This document shows, piece after piece, positions 51,521 to 64,000 of a stretch of 64,000 nt of DNA. The translations under genes and the position numbers were made by a program. How positions within the stretch are numbered: the stretch's first letter is position 1; every line of letters starts with the position of its first letter. Where the stretch lies: contig OZ037765.1 in NCBI GenBank assembly GCA_964035545.1, positions 21,080,995 through 21,144,994 on the forward strand. Reading direction: 5' to 3'. The DNA is from Bugula neritina (Eukaryota > Animalia > Bryozoa). The notes under the pieces were generated by a model. It saw only the letters and a program-made list of their open reading frames with translations. It made no database searches and had not been told where the DNA came from.

Positions 51521-54500
51521 CGGGCACAAAAAGAAAAAAAGATGATTTGAAACGATCTTTGTGTAGTAGATATTGCAAATAAAAGCAGTTTAGTGTCTGC
51601 CAAATACCTGTCTTTTATGTATTTGAAAGTTATATGTATGAAAGATTGCTCAATTGCCAATTTCCATTGCGCCTTGCAGAGAGAGCAGCTGTAGGAGCTA
51701 TGCAAAGCCAGAGTGATGTATAATACCTTTAACCCTTTGTGCAAAGCGAGCCAGTTAATAGTCCGACTACAGCAGCTAAATCAATTTTGTGGTGATCGTT
51801 GTTCAGTATCAGATTGGCCTGCTGCAATAAAAATTGAACTTGAATAAAACTTTAAAGAAGGAGATAACTCTGCAACACAAATTTCTTTTTTCACAATTAA
51901 TGTTTTTACTTTAAAATTCAAGTGCCTTTCATCAGTAAAAACAGCAAAATAGAATTTTACTTCGTGAAAATGCAATTTTTAAACAAAAAAGTAATACGAG
52001 TTATACGTAGTTATACGTAGTTACCAACTATAAAGTTTAAATATAACCCATAACATACTACTATGTTCACAAGTTTTAAAATCGCTGGTGATGTAGCAAG
52101 CTATAGGTTTGGATAAAACATTTGAAGTGCAAAGCATAGACTTAAACTTTAATCATTTTAAATGTGCAATAATTTTTTGCAAAAATTTCTAACAAATTGC
52201 AAAAGCTATATTTTATTACAACATTTATATGATGCTACACTCTGCAGTTTCATTTTAATAATTGTCTATTCTTGCATTCAGGGATTTTGTCTACCCTTAT
52301 AGACTTTTTAAATTTATCCACGGTAAAAAAGATTAGTAACTATGGAAATCACTTACTTTTACTTTTTTATCGCATTTTGTAAATGTTTGCAAAATTTTGA
52401 CAACACTTTAAAGCGCATATATATTATAAATAAGTTTATGACTTCTTTTTCATGGCTTAACATTGTTACTGTAATTATAGGCATTTATAAAAATCAGTTT
52501 GCAGCTGTCTTTAACTTTTCGAATATGCCTCATTTTCATTTTGTATGATTTTGCATACTTATTTTAGAGATAAACAAAAATCTACATTTTAATGACATGT
52601 TCAAAACTGATGACAAGTTTTTCTTTTAATCAACTATTATATAAATAAGCAATTATGTATCATTATATGGCTGCAATAATTTTAAAATTTAGGTACAATT
52701 TATTTAACCTTAAATAAAATTTAAAATGTAAGCACTTGATAATCAAATGTTAAACTCAACTAATATATATTGTGAATTTTTAGGAAAGAAAATGTTTAGA
52801 GCCCTAATCTATAAGTTTCTTAATTTTTGAGCCATCCTAAATATTTTTTATTCACTCCTATTAACCAGTGGGCTAAAGCTTCACCGAATCAATATCACAC
52901 TCAAATTGCTGAAATATTCGTGAAAAGTATTATTATTGTTGTTTACCTAGTTCACTACCACGCCTTAATTGAGTGAAATAATAAAATAATCATTTTATAA
53001 TTTTTGCATAATTATATTATGATTTTTGGTCGAAATTTTTAAGTAAAAGAATGAATTTATTCATTTTTATATATAGCGTATTTTATTACTCAAAATATTT
53101 TGAAAACTGCATAATTATCATTGTGTACATGTATATAGTAGGGCACTTGGGCAAGTTTTTTTGTTAATATTACTCATTAAAAGCAGAGACCATGTTTATT
53201 TGTCAATAAATGTTTATAATTGTTCCTTTGAGATAGTCCATATTTAAGATTTTGTACTTTACATTGGGTAAAATTGTTTTGCTGCATTATATGCACACAT
53301 ATACACTATATTATTATTTTGGTTAATTACAACAGATAGCCAAATATACAGAAAAACCTTTTACATTAAAATTAGTTTGAAAAGGCTAAAATCTAAAAAA
53401 TTGATCCCCCATAGATTTATAAAGGGATATGTTACTAAAATAATGTACAACTTCAAAGACTTTTTCAACTTTTATGAAAAGTACAATTACCATGCACATT
53501 TATAGTATAAGTAGTGCATAAACTGCATGAATGGCTGCCAAAAATAATATATTTTGTCTGCATGCTCACAAAATAACTTGCTGCTGATCAATGTTAGACT
53601 GGAAGTCCTATACTGTGTTGATATATTCAACTTGTGCTACATCACAATTTAGAGTTGTCTTCTTCCAATAAAACTTCTGACCAGAATCAACACCTTCAAT
53701 TTTTTGTTACTGTTAACAAAACCGGCCATAATATAATTTATATAATACACTCATGGTGATGCTTTGGGAGGTGGTTGTTAGCATGAAAATCCATAAATTA
53801 TGAACAAAACTTTAAAACTCACTCTATATGTAATCAGCAATAAAACCTCAATCTATTGCTGTATTTATTTCATATAAAATAATAAATTTACTATAATATA
53901 GCAATGTCATGGTCAAATGATACCAATTAAATAATTTAGGTACAACTTAAACTAGTAACTTAGGAAACTCTGTGTTAAGTGGAAACTAGAATATGATGTG
54001 TCACAGTTACAGGTTTGAAGAGAGTTTGTAGTACATACCCTTTGAGAAAATACATAGCAAATAAAGAAACCTTGGAGCAAAAATCGTTAGCAGTACAAAC
54101 ACAGACATGATTAAACACTTTTACTTTATGTTGAAGGAGCTCTAATTAGATCAATCACTCTACTAAGTAAAACATAAGTAAGTAACATTATCCAATTGCC
54201 ATCCCCTGTTAAAAATACAAAGTTTGCATAGGCATTAGTAGTCACTGTTAATGCAATTTAATGCTGACTTGGTTGATGCATATCCCAGTTGCTGCCACAT
54301 ATTAATAGTTGAGTAACTGTTCAGAGAGAAAAACTAGTTAGAGGATCAGTGAATCATAATGGAGTTTCAAGGACACCATGTTCCAGGTATTGCCCTGATT
54401 ACAGTCACTTTTTTACTCACCTGCTTCTTGTAGCTTGCACCAACCCTCTATCACTAAGTCGGTTCTTTTATGTGGGAATTTATATCAACTTTTATAATGT

Positions 54501-54884
54501 ATACTAAGAAAGCTATCGGAGAATGAGCTGGATTTGTAAAGTTAATGTAGATTAAATTGATTAGATGATTAGTAGCAGTATTGTTCATTGATGGAGATTT
54601 TATCTAGTAATCTGGAAGACCTATCAAATTTGTCTAAGTTTGATTTGTCACAAACTACAAGCTTGTCATGGGTGGTTAAACTAAGATAACAACATGATAT
54701 TTTATTCTTAAATTCATTTAACCACAAATATATATGTAATGCAATCTTTTTCTACTTATGTAAGCTTATAAAAAATTAATTAACAAAAAACTCAATGCTC
54801 TGCATTGTTTATAAAAACAACAAAATTGTGATAGACAATATTTTATTTTGGCAAAAAGCTTAATAATTTATATTGTTGCAATAA

Positions 54885-55046
54885 AACCCTGGTGAAAAGG
54901 GCTTTTTAAGCAGACCAAGGGCTTTTACACTATTTCGGCAAGGGAACAATTAAGACTGAATGCCTTTCCTAACATCACTAATGACCTTTACTGGGGAACC
55001 AAGCCACTGACCTAAGCTAGCATTCTAACCTCTAGGCTACTGCTGT
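54885..55046 (-). mobile_element. tRNA-derived SINE, family A, copy 2
   Basis: Reverse complement GCAGTAGCCTAGAGGTTAGAATG...GGTCAGTGG...TAAAGGTCATTAGTGATGTTAGGAAAGGCATTCAGTC...AAAAAGCCCTTTTCACCAG aligns with 14292-14462. Confidence 0.7.
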
Positions 55047-56406
55047 TGTTACAATAAGTACTTTATACAAGAGAATTGTTGCTTTTAGAAAGGGAGGGTT
55101 CAATTCATGAAGAGAAGTTAGTGATTGTGCTAACTGCTCAGTTCTGTACCAGCAATACTAAAATAGAAAAATATTGTTACATAATTGATATATCAGCTCT
55201 GGAGAAAATATGTTATCAGGCCTTTATAATGGAAAAAAAAAGTTTTTTGCTGATAGCAGCTATTATCACTGATATAATTTATACAGCCTATCATTTTATT
55301 ATTTTAGGCCAGCCTACTCATTAATCACTTTTACATATACATTATGCATGCTTCCTGCAATGAAAACTGCATTATTTTTGGGTTGGCATGGTGGCACTTC
55401 TAAACAATTTGTCACGCTGTGGTTTCTCTTTGACAGACAGCTGCGAAGAAAGTTCTACACCATAATGCTATTATGTAATGTTTAAAATAATTTATAATAT
55501 AATTCAAGTTGATGGCTACAAATTGCTATTCAAGTTTTAGTTGTGCAGGTGTTCAGGTGAATAGACTTTGGTGGTGAAAGTGGTTTCGTTGCAGACTATA
55601 CTATTATCATAACTTCACTGTACAAGTAATGTGGTAATATAGATGAGGATAGTTGCTCTTGTAACATTATTGGCTGGAGAACACTATAGAGGATGTTTCC
55701 TAATTTTAAACCGGTGTTGGAGAAAGCTCCTGTCATGATGTAACTGCATGACATTACTGAGCTGCCAAATGCTTTGCTACATTGCTGTCATGATGACAAA
55801 GTACTGGATGACACATTTACTTCACTCCGATACATATAAATTGGCTTCACTATCTACATTAAGTGCTTTGGTTATAACTCTTCTCAGCTAAAACTTGACA
55901 AATTCGCTTAAATTTTAATAATTTATTAAACTGTGAATGATTGCATAGTCAAAATTGTGATTAATGTATAAAAACTGATAAATCAATCTCACCACAAATA
56001 TTAAATGAAAATAGCAACTCAAAGGTTACTTTCATGAAACAAGCTCTTTAGTATTCTGTGTCTGCTTATTCAGTAATTAATTAAAATATATAAAATAACA
56101 GCTCAAAGTTAACTAAAATACAGTCTGACAGATGTGGAAAAGAATGAAAAATTATGACTGACCCATAAAGCTGTCAATTCAAATCAGATAGATAGTGTCT
56201 AATGTCAATGGTGTTTTTAAACATATGGCAATTATTAAAATATTGACACAGCTCAGATATGATATATAGTTTACAAATGTAGTGATGTGAAATTCCTAAC
56301 CTGTAGGTTTGAAACCTGTAGTGAATGCTCGAAATCAAATTAAGGCAGCATACATTGCAGGTCATTTTAATTCTGCTGACCATAAACATCATAGTTACAA
56401 AAATGT

Positions 56407-56488
56407 CTATTTTCCAATTGTCCATTTTCTAATTGTCCATTTTCCAAATAGGTGTTTTCCAATTGTCATTTTCGAAATGTCGTGTCAC
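56407..56488. repeat. ~14-bp tandem array (TTTTCCAATTGTCC), probably an orphan DNA-transposon end
   Basis: About 5 degenerate units ending in GTCGTGTCAC; partner end not found. Confidence 0.5.
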
Positions 56489-56789
56489 CAAGTTGAATAT
56501 CTTCTGGTTTGTATTGCTATGTCCACTCATCAACACAGAACAGAATACCACATGGCCCACACCTCCAGAATAAAAAACTTATGCTTCTACCAATTACAAC
56601 CAGGTTTCCCAAGTAGTTCTAGAGGTTATAAACCTTGCATAATACTAAATGGTTCAAGCTTTAAAGTGCTCAATCACAAAGGCACTCATTTCTGAACACT
56701 AAGCTGCTATTTTTTAAGTACTTTGCCACTCTCTTACCAATTTTATTCTGTATTATTATGGTCTTTTCTTATGGACTTTCTAAATCCTA

Positions 56790-57260
56790 ATAATTAGAAG
56801 CTGACTCAATACGACATCTCATTTACTGAGGATCAGGGGCTGCTGAATCGGGAGACAAGCTCTATCCACTGAAACTAGTACACCCATCATAATAATATGA
56901 GCAAAGTTTAGACCTCCCACCAATAGTATTGTAGTTACATACTTCTCGTCTAGCAATACTAGCCAGTAGCTATAGACCTGCTTATGAGACATTCTGCAGT
57001 AGCTCAATAACCTGTATAAAAGTACTATAACTAGCCGGTTTGGTTGCCTCCCAATCTTTATTGTGCAATTCCAATCAATCTTTGCTTACTTTCACTACTT
57101 GTCAACAAAGTTGCCCTTAGACCGCATCTATACATTTTCCCTATGTACAACCATGAGCATAGTTATGGTTACTGATTTGAATAGCCTACTTGATAGTTGA
57201 AGTGAATTTTGAGCATCTAGACGAGATAGTTGAGTTATGATCAGATCAATGATATCCTAC
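56790..57260 (-). mobile_element. Decayed LINE APE-type endonuclease fragment
   Basis: LVIVLLYR and ILLVGGLNFAHI resemble the (I)GxxYRPP and IxGDFNxxxI motifs, in the correct order and spacing. Confidence 0.5.
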
Positions 57261-60200
57261 AAAAGCTAACAATACGATAAATATTTTGTAAAACAATGAT
57301 CACATTTCTGGGCCAGCTTTCTCTTGGAATAATGTAATGCTTTTGACCAATTCACTTTATCCTTAGCCCCAGGCTACATATTATTTTTCCTTCTGTATAT
57401 TTGCAGCATACGCCCAAGTCTTTGTATTATATGATGGGTATGGTTAAACACCTCCTTTGTAAGACCCATTAGTTTTTTAGAGTTTTGACTTAAAAAGGCT
57501 TTTTTAACATTGAAGTTTGCTTTGATTGAAGATTTATACTACCAGCTCCTAAGCTACTGCAACACCTAAACTGTTAATCACTTATAAGTATTACTCACCA
57601 CTGAAAGCTGGCTATTGTTTCAAAATTCCTTTGAAGAAAAAATTTGACATTTCCACGAGATAAATGCTTTGATTTAGAAATATGTTTGTGGCTTTACTTT
57701 TTATATAGTTTCTTTAGATAATAATACCAAGTTTATATACCTAGTATTTGTAGTTTATGTAGGTCTGGTGGGCTTGTTTGACTTGTAGTAGTACACTACT
57801 CAAATGACTCTTGGGTTTTTCTGTTTAAACTAAGATTTATATGACACAGTTTAACTGACTGCCCTGAACTCATACACGTTTGTTTGCCTAGGCTATAATA
57901 TACTATACTATATAGCCAGTAGACAAAACCTGACCTATATTCCATACTTGAGCCAGCAAACTGCTGGGAGGAAGGGCTGGGAGTAGCAACCCATGTTTCA
58001 GTGCACTATTTCCTCAACTTCCACACTATTATAGTTGAAAATATGTGATAACCAGCACAGTGATGCCCAAAGTTTTGTCAAATTTCTCAATTTAAACTTT
58101 ACACCACGATAATGATGATTTCATGAACATAACATTATTATGTTTGTTTTGCTTGCCATAGTTATTATTAGATGACCACTAAAACATTCAGTTGGATACA
58201 TTTCTAATTTAAGCCTATGGTGACAATTATCAAATATAAAATGTTTTTACCTTTTTCAACTGAGTTTTATTATTAAACAGTTTTATGATTAAACGACTTA
58301 TTTTCCTATTGGTGATTACTATCAATGCATCATTTCAAAAGTTTCAGTAGATGCTTTTAAATTACATTATGTAGCTAAAAACAAGATGATTTTCCCACAA
58401 ATTGCAATAATCATAAACTAATCCTTAAAATTCAAGTTCTATTATTGACTTATATTATGCAATCTTAGTTTTTGTTCAGCTTTTCCTGATAGTTAGCTTT
58501 GTTGCTTATTTATGGAACTAGGAGATAATAATGAGGTTTTACTACTTGCAGCCTAGTTCAACTGTTGTTCCTCAAACATTAACAATGCTCCGCTATAATA
58601 TTGCTTTATATATGATATATAATGCTATCTGCCATTAGATCTAGCATGCTTAGCGCTAAGTAAATATTTGTACAGTCTTGACAGTGGCTGCTTGCTTGTA
58701 TATAAGCTATTCAACTCCTACATTACTTCCATCAATATCCATTACCAATAGAGAGTCATCTCTTATCCTCAAAGGCTCTCTTCTACAGCAATTTCAGGCT
58801 ATTTTATTTGCTGTCTGGTTGAATCACAACATACTGGGGATGCTTTTATTAGCTGATTGTAACAGAAATGCTTAGCATTAGGTTCTGATCCCGATAGTTA
58901 TTGTGTTTATAATTAATTTAGGACAAAAATATACAAGAGCATCAAGCACTTCTTGCCATCTAATCTCAGTCATTACATTTGTAATAGAAAAAGATAGAGA
59001 GTTGTTGAACTATGTTGATTCAAAGAATTAGCCTTAGTTTGAGACAGGCACTTGTTTACCCAAAGAGCTTATAAATAGCTGCCCTTTCAGTTTCACCACA
59101 GTTACCCACACAATATTCTAATATGGCTGACCTTTGGCTACATTAGTCAATATGATAGGGTCGATATACAATGTCAGCCCCTACATCCAGTGCATGTTAA
59201 CAAACTTACATTATTCAAGTTTGCTAGAGAGTCAACTGTTCATACATTACAAATACTTGATATAAGAAAAAACAAATAGAATGGATAAGCTAAAACTAAT
59301 AGATTTGTATTGAAACGTTGTGTGATATTTGCTTATGTGACATTTGCTAGTGGAGTTTGCTAAGTGATAGATAGTAGATAACGTAGCTACCGTTCTACTG
59401 ATTAGCCTACTATTCCTCGCTCTTACCACCTACTACTTTCTACTAAGTTCTTTTTCTTGGAGGCAGCATTGCATAGCTGCCAGACCACTGTTCAGAAATG
59501 CAAGCAGGTAAGCTCTGTCTCAAAGTTTTAATGAGTTTTACTGAATTTTACTCTTGATTTTAATGAGCTATAGTAGTTATTATTTATATTATAGGGTAGT
59601 TTGGCATTGATAGCTTAATGAAAGTTTCAAAATTTGTCAAAAACTGTTTTACTTTTACCACTGGCAGATTTAGGATGAAAATCAATCTATAACAATAGTA
59701 TAAATGATGTTGTTTAGTTACTACTGTTTTAATCAACTGTTGGTAGTTATTTACTATTTCAAGCTGGTCTACCACCAAACAAATTTATAGCAAGCTGTAT
59801 CCTTATAGGTCATGTATAGCTATATGCTATAACAGCTATATGTAAATTTGTTGTATAATGAGCGATTACATCATTACTATGAACTGTGGAGCAACAGAAC
59901 CGGGTTTTGCTAGTGTTTACAACAATCATATCCTTCTAGAATATATTATTACAAATAATATTGCAAAAGCGTTTCATCCTATGTTTTAAAATTAATATTA
60001 AATTTCCCCATCAACTTTCACAATTGTTGTAAATTTGTAAAGTATATTTTAGGCCTATAGATGAATAATTGTGTTAGTAAAATGGTGCCTATGCCCACCT
60101 GTTATTTATTGACTGATAGCATTTAGCATTTGGTTCGATCTAGATCAGATATGGGGATATAGTTAAAAGGATTAATTTTGTAATATTGACATTTTAAAGC

Positions 60201-61419
60201 TAAATACTCAAATAATTTGTGTTTTTTCTCACGATAAAATACTTGAGTTCTTACATCATACTCTTAGCCGGAAACAGCTGTGTAAAAGATCAAACTGACA
60301 GCAACTCATGGGCCTTGTAATAGATCCAGTGTAGAAGATTCCATTTTCGGTCCTTTTCCTTGTTTACAACTTACAGGTTGGCATCATTGTTCTTTTCTCC
60401 TTTACAGGGGCCATAAAGTAATTACAAATGTTGTAGGTGTCTGCCAACCAACTAAGTGCACACATTGTCATTTGTCTATCAGCATTACATCTTCCTATAA
60501 TATTTACTCAAACTAGTCCTAATCATTAAAGTTTCAAAACCTCATTTTCTAATCCCTGTTAGCTCATTGTTCAAAGTAAACTAATATATTTACTGTTGTT
60601 TTGGCCTCTAAGATTATATAAACAGCTGGTGTTAGAAGGCTACTAGATTACTTTCTACCCGTGTAAACTGTGTGTTAGTGCACAACAACTCGCAGCTAAT
60701 GCCTTCATCATCCTATATTATGTTCAACATTCCTATGAATGGAATTAAATTATACCCAAGTAAATCTGATTTATCCCAACAGCAGGCTATCGTGCCTCAG
60801 TTGTTGATTTTTCACCTATTGAATTTCGGTGAGCTAGTGCAAAAACAGCATGGATCAGTTTCTACACCTGCCTACTGACTTTAGTGAAATGCCAGCTTAT
60901 AATATCATGATTAAAACCTGCTTACTCCCTGGAATTGAGTTAATGTTTTGACACAAAATGCGATGAAACAGCAAGAAGTTTTTTGAATTGAATTATTGTA
61001 GTTGAATCTTTTTAATTAAGTTGGCTTATTTAAAAAAATAAGAGGACGTTATTGGTTACAGCATAAACAGTGTTAGCTAGTACTTTATAAAAGCAAAGTG
61101 AATGGTGCGTTATAGAGTAGATTAGCACATTTCCATTCCCTCATCGACACAAGTTAAGTTTCACAGGCTACACAGCCAAGCCACAAACCAAGACCAACTC
61201 TGTAAAGTAGTATTGTCAGCTGAGTAAAGCTATGTCAACATGTTTCACTGCCTCACAATGTGTTAAGAGGAAAATGTTGACTAGCTGTCAACACACCACA
61301 ATCACTGTATTGTGATAAGTATTAGCTACTTCAGCAATGTGTAGTTAACCCCAAATTTTTTCTTGAACAAGAGAGTCCAACCATCTTTAGATTTGACTGC
61401 TTTGGGCCTGAAAAAGTCA

Positions 61420-61570
61420 CTAGTAAATGATTTGGGATACCCTAAAAGGTTATCACTAATGGCTGGCCCCAATTAATCAGAAATACTAAGGTGCTGGCTT
61501 GGGTAGTCTGTAGAAAGTCTTGTATATAGTAATTTAGTCCCCAATTAAGCAGGCCAGAAGTAGCCCGACA
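61420..61570 (+). mobile_element. Gypsy-like integrase core relic
   Basis: FGIP*KVITN..PQL resembles FGIPxxIxSDNGPQF; a downstream frameshifted PQLS-GQ resembles HPQSNGQAE. Confidence 0.45.
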
Positions 61571-61879
61571 TTTGGGAGCTAGCAAACTGTTCTAAACCTG
61601 TAGAAGTAGAGCTTGGCAGTTCCAGTTGGTTCAGGCTTGCCATACAGTCTAGTTGTAAAGAAGTTGTGGCCCTCAGTTGCTATGACTCTGATATCACCAA
61701 ATATAAGCTTCAGGCCTCAACTTCCAGAGTTTTTTCTGATAATCAATGACCAATATGTGTCTTGGCACCTTTTATAAGTTCTTCTGTTCTAATTTTTTTA
61801 ATATTATAGCATGCATATGCATTTAAAAGTGCTTGTACCCCTATCTTCCCTTATGCATATAATAGCAGTTTAATAAACA

Positions 61880-63300
61880 TTTTGCAGCACATCATATCAA
61901 TTGTAATCAGGTCAACAACCTCCTACTAAAGTTTCTGACACATCGATAGTTCTTGGCTAGATTTGTCTTTCAGCATTATTATATTTCTTGTAGCATATTT
62001 TTATTGGAGATTTATGGCAGGAAAAAGTTGTTTAGAAGCTTTTTTATACAAACAAGCAGCCAGATTATCAGTTGCAGACATAAAGAAAACAGTATTCTGC
62101 ACCTACTAAAGCAGCAATAATTTCACCAGCAACTTAAGTTGTTTCATATATAGGACTTGTAGCACTCAGTTTTAGGGATTTCCATTCAATCAATTTGTAA
62201 GTTTTTCACTTCAGCTACTTTCCCTCTACTTCATCAGCATTTTATTTTTGATTTCAAGTTACCAACAGCATCGAAATAACTTTTAGTTTTCCCTCCCAAC
62301 TTCTACTTTTAAACATCTGAATCTATTTTCGACCAGTCTATCAAGGTTAACTAGTGCAATCTGTGCATGCATGTACGTTCTGTCATATTTCGGCTGGACG
62401 CAGTGGCTGGGCTAAAGTTGCCAACTTTTCTCTTCTAAATTTAAGCCAATCATTCGAGTGCACCGAAGCCTACTTTTTAATATACTTCCGGCCCAAGGAT
62501 GGACATCTTGAAGGTCTGCCGTCATCGCGGAACTTTTGAATTTTGATTGGATGGAGTCATAAACACACCCACCACCAACTCTAAGTTTATGTGGATCCAA
62601 CGGGTAGCCTCACTATCTTTTCAACCGGTTTATTACACCATTATTTTGTCCTGCACACCGTAGGCAACAAATTATTTCTTAGGATTTGTCCATGTTTTCA
62701 GGTAGGTTTAGATTGTCATTGTACAATTAGGTTAAGATATTCCAATGCTTTACACTTTTGGTAATGGCTATGTTTTTTGGTTGGTTACATCTAAGGATTA
62801 AATTTTAAGCAAGATGAAGAAATGAGCTTCAGATTGTATTTGATGTGATGAAAGAAATGTAATTGAGACCTTGATCTTTCAGTTTTTGTAAATGTGATAC
62901 TAAAGCTTATCTGAGATTGCTGCAGTACCCTTATCTCTTAGTAGAATATTTACAATCTCTATATTATTCTCTGTAGTCTTTAGCATTTGTAGTTGTACAG
63001 TAAATGAGCTACAATGACTCAGTCAGTATAATATGTACATAGATTACTCTTGGTATTGCTGCCAACATGTGTTAGCTGCAGTTCTTTGCAGTCAGTTACA
63101 TTTTCATTCTTTTGCTGGCCGATTCAGAACCCAGCACAAATTTCTATTTTAATATTTTACTCATTTCTCATCTAATGTAACTTGATTTTACCCCCATAAT
63201 AGTTCTCTATTGGTGTGATATCACTATAACTAGCTGTCGTCATAATTACTATTAGTAGCATTACAATATGGACACCTCAGTTTTGACAAATCCAGTTCTA
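61880..63300 (-). mobile_element. Copia-like LTR retrotransposon relic (RNase H and integrase traces)
   Basis: IEWKSLKL...AGEIIAALVGAE...IIMLKD...VDLIT resembles the Copia RNase H pattern; NNGVINR near 62625-62645 resembles the integrase NGxxER motif; heavily decayed, boundaries approximate. Confidence 0.4.
62352..62615. other. CpG-rich 264-bp insert with TAGTG...CACTA ends (probable young non-autonomous element)
   Basis: Sharp compositional contrast with its flanks; 5-bp terminal inverted ends; CCAAT and CCGGAAGT motifs; no TSD seen. Confidence 0.35.
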
Positions 63301-64000
63301 GCTGCGTTTTTCATTTTCTATTATTTGTAAATATTGGTGTGATATTTTTGCCAACTCACTCAACTAACCAGACTTGTACTTGTTAGAGTTTCAGCTGCCT
63401 GTGGCAGCTTCTAGTTGCTGTAAATAGTTGGGAATTGCCATATTATTTATATTTTCTAGTCCTGGTCTGTCACTCTGAAAATATGTCATGCTGGTAGCAC
63501 TGTGACAGTTCCAAGTATTATTACAATTATATAGGATGCTATGTAATTCACTCTGAATAAACTGACGCAAATAATGCAAATCACTAAACAATTCTTAACA
63601 TGTAATTAAGTGAATTGTAAATTTTGGTAAGGTTGGAATGATAATTAATTGTAGAAAATCTGGAAGTGTACACCAGTAATTAGCTAGTAAGTTGGTGATT
63701 ACAAGTTAGACTTGTAATTATAATGAAATCATGTCGTTGAATACTTGGGATTACAAGCAAAAGCCCTTATTTTGTAGTACCTTTGAGTTAAAATGTAAAT
63801 TTTTAGTTTATTGCTCACTAAATAAGGGAAAATTATTGTATATGCTTAACATCCAGTAGTAGCATGTTGATTGGCTTGTTGAATTCATTGACTCTTGGTC
63901 TTCGAATTAATTTTATATAATGACATGCTCTCCAGGTATGGTATGAGTGCTCAAAAACAATGCAGTGGTTGACATTGATTTGTCGTAGGCAATAACACGC

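Noticed and set aside
51364-51744. 126-aa ORF on -
   Set aside because: TTG start, and the C-terminal half is translated low-complexity tract; no recognisable domain.
51729-51745. TTAA|CCCTTTG piggyBac-like end
   Set aside because: No matching partner end found nearby.
56309-56695. 128-aa ORF on +
   Set aside because: Runs through a tandem array (FPIVHF repeats); no protein family recognisable.

Overview
AT-rich, intron-containing animal genomic DNA; the gene set suggests an invertebrate, probably lophotrochozoan (inference). Five spliced protein-coding genes were built by hand from splice sites and reading frames: (1) CFAP43/WDR96 on + (29 visible exons, 487-17126, first exon upstream of the window); (2) an NR1J/HR96-type nuclear receptor on - (34682-18610, ESCKA P-box); (3) a complexin on + (39819-41504, C-terminal CAAX box, apparently lacking the usual N-terminal domain); (4,5) two tandem flavin-containing monooxygenases on - (44941-42044 and 50118-46421). 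Introns and the last ~12 kb hold many transposon relics (Kolobok, Harbinger-like, hAT-like and other MITEs, two tRNA-derived SINE families, LINE, Gypsy and Copia fragments). The main observations are: a 4.6 kb TTAA-flanked Kolobok relic inside the receptor gene, whose P2X7-ballast-like (KolX) exon is now a stop-free, frame-preserving cassette for the receptor hinge; 'drifting hexamer' tracts next to nearly every inferred promoter; an N-terminally truncated complexin; and patchy gene conversion between the FMO paralogues. All calls are by eye, with no database searches.
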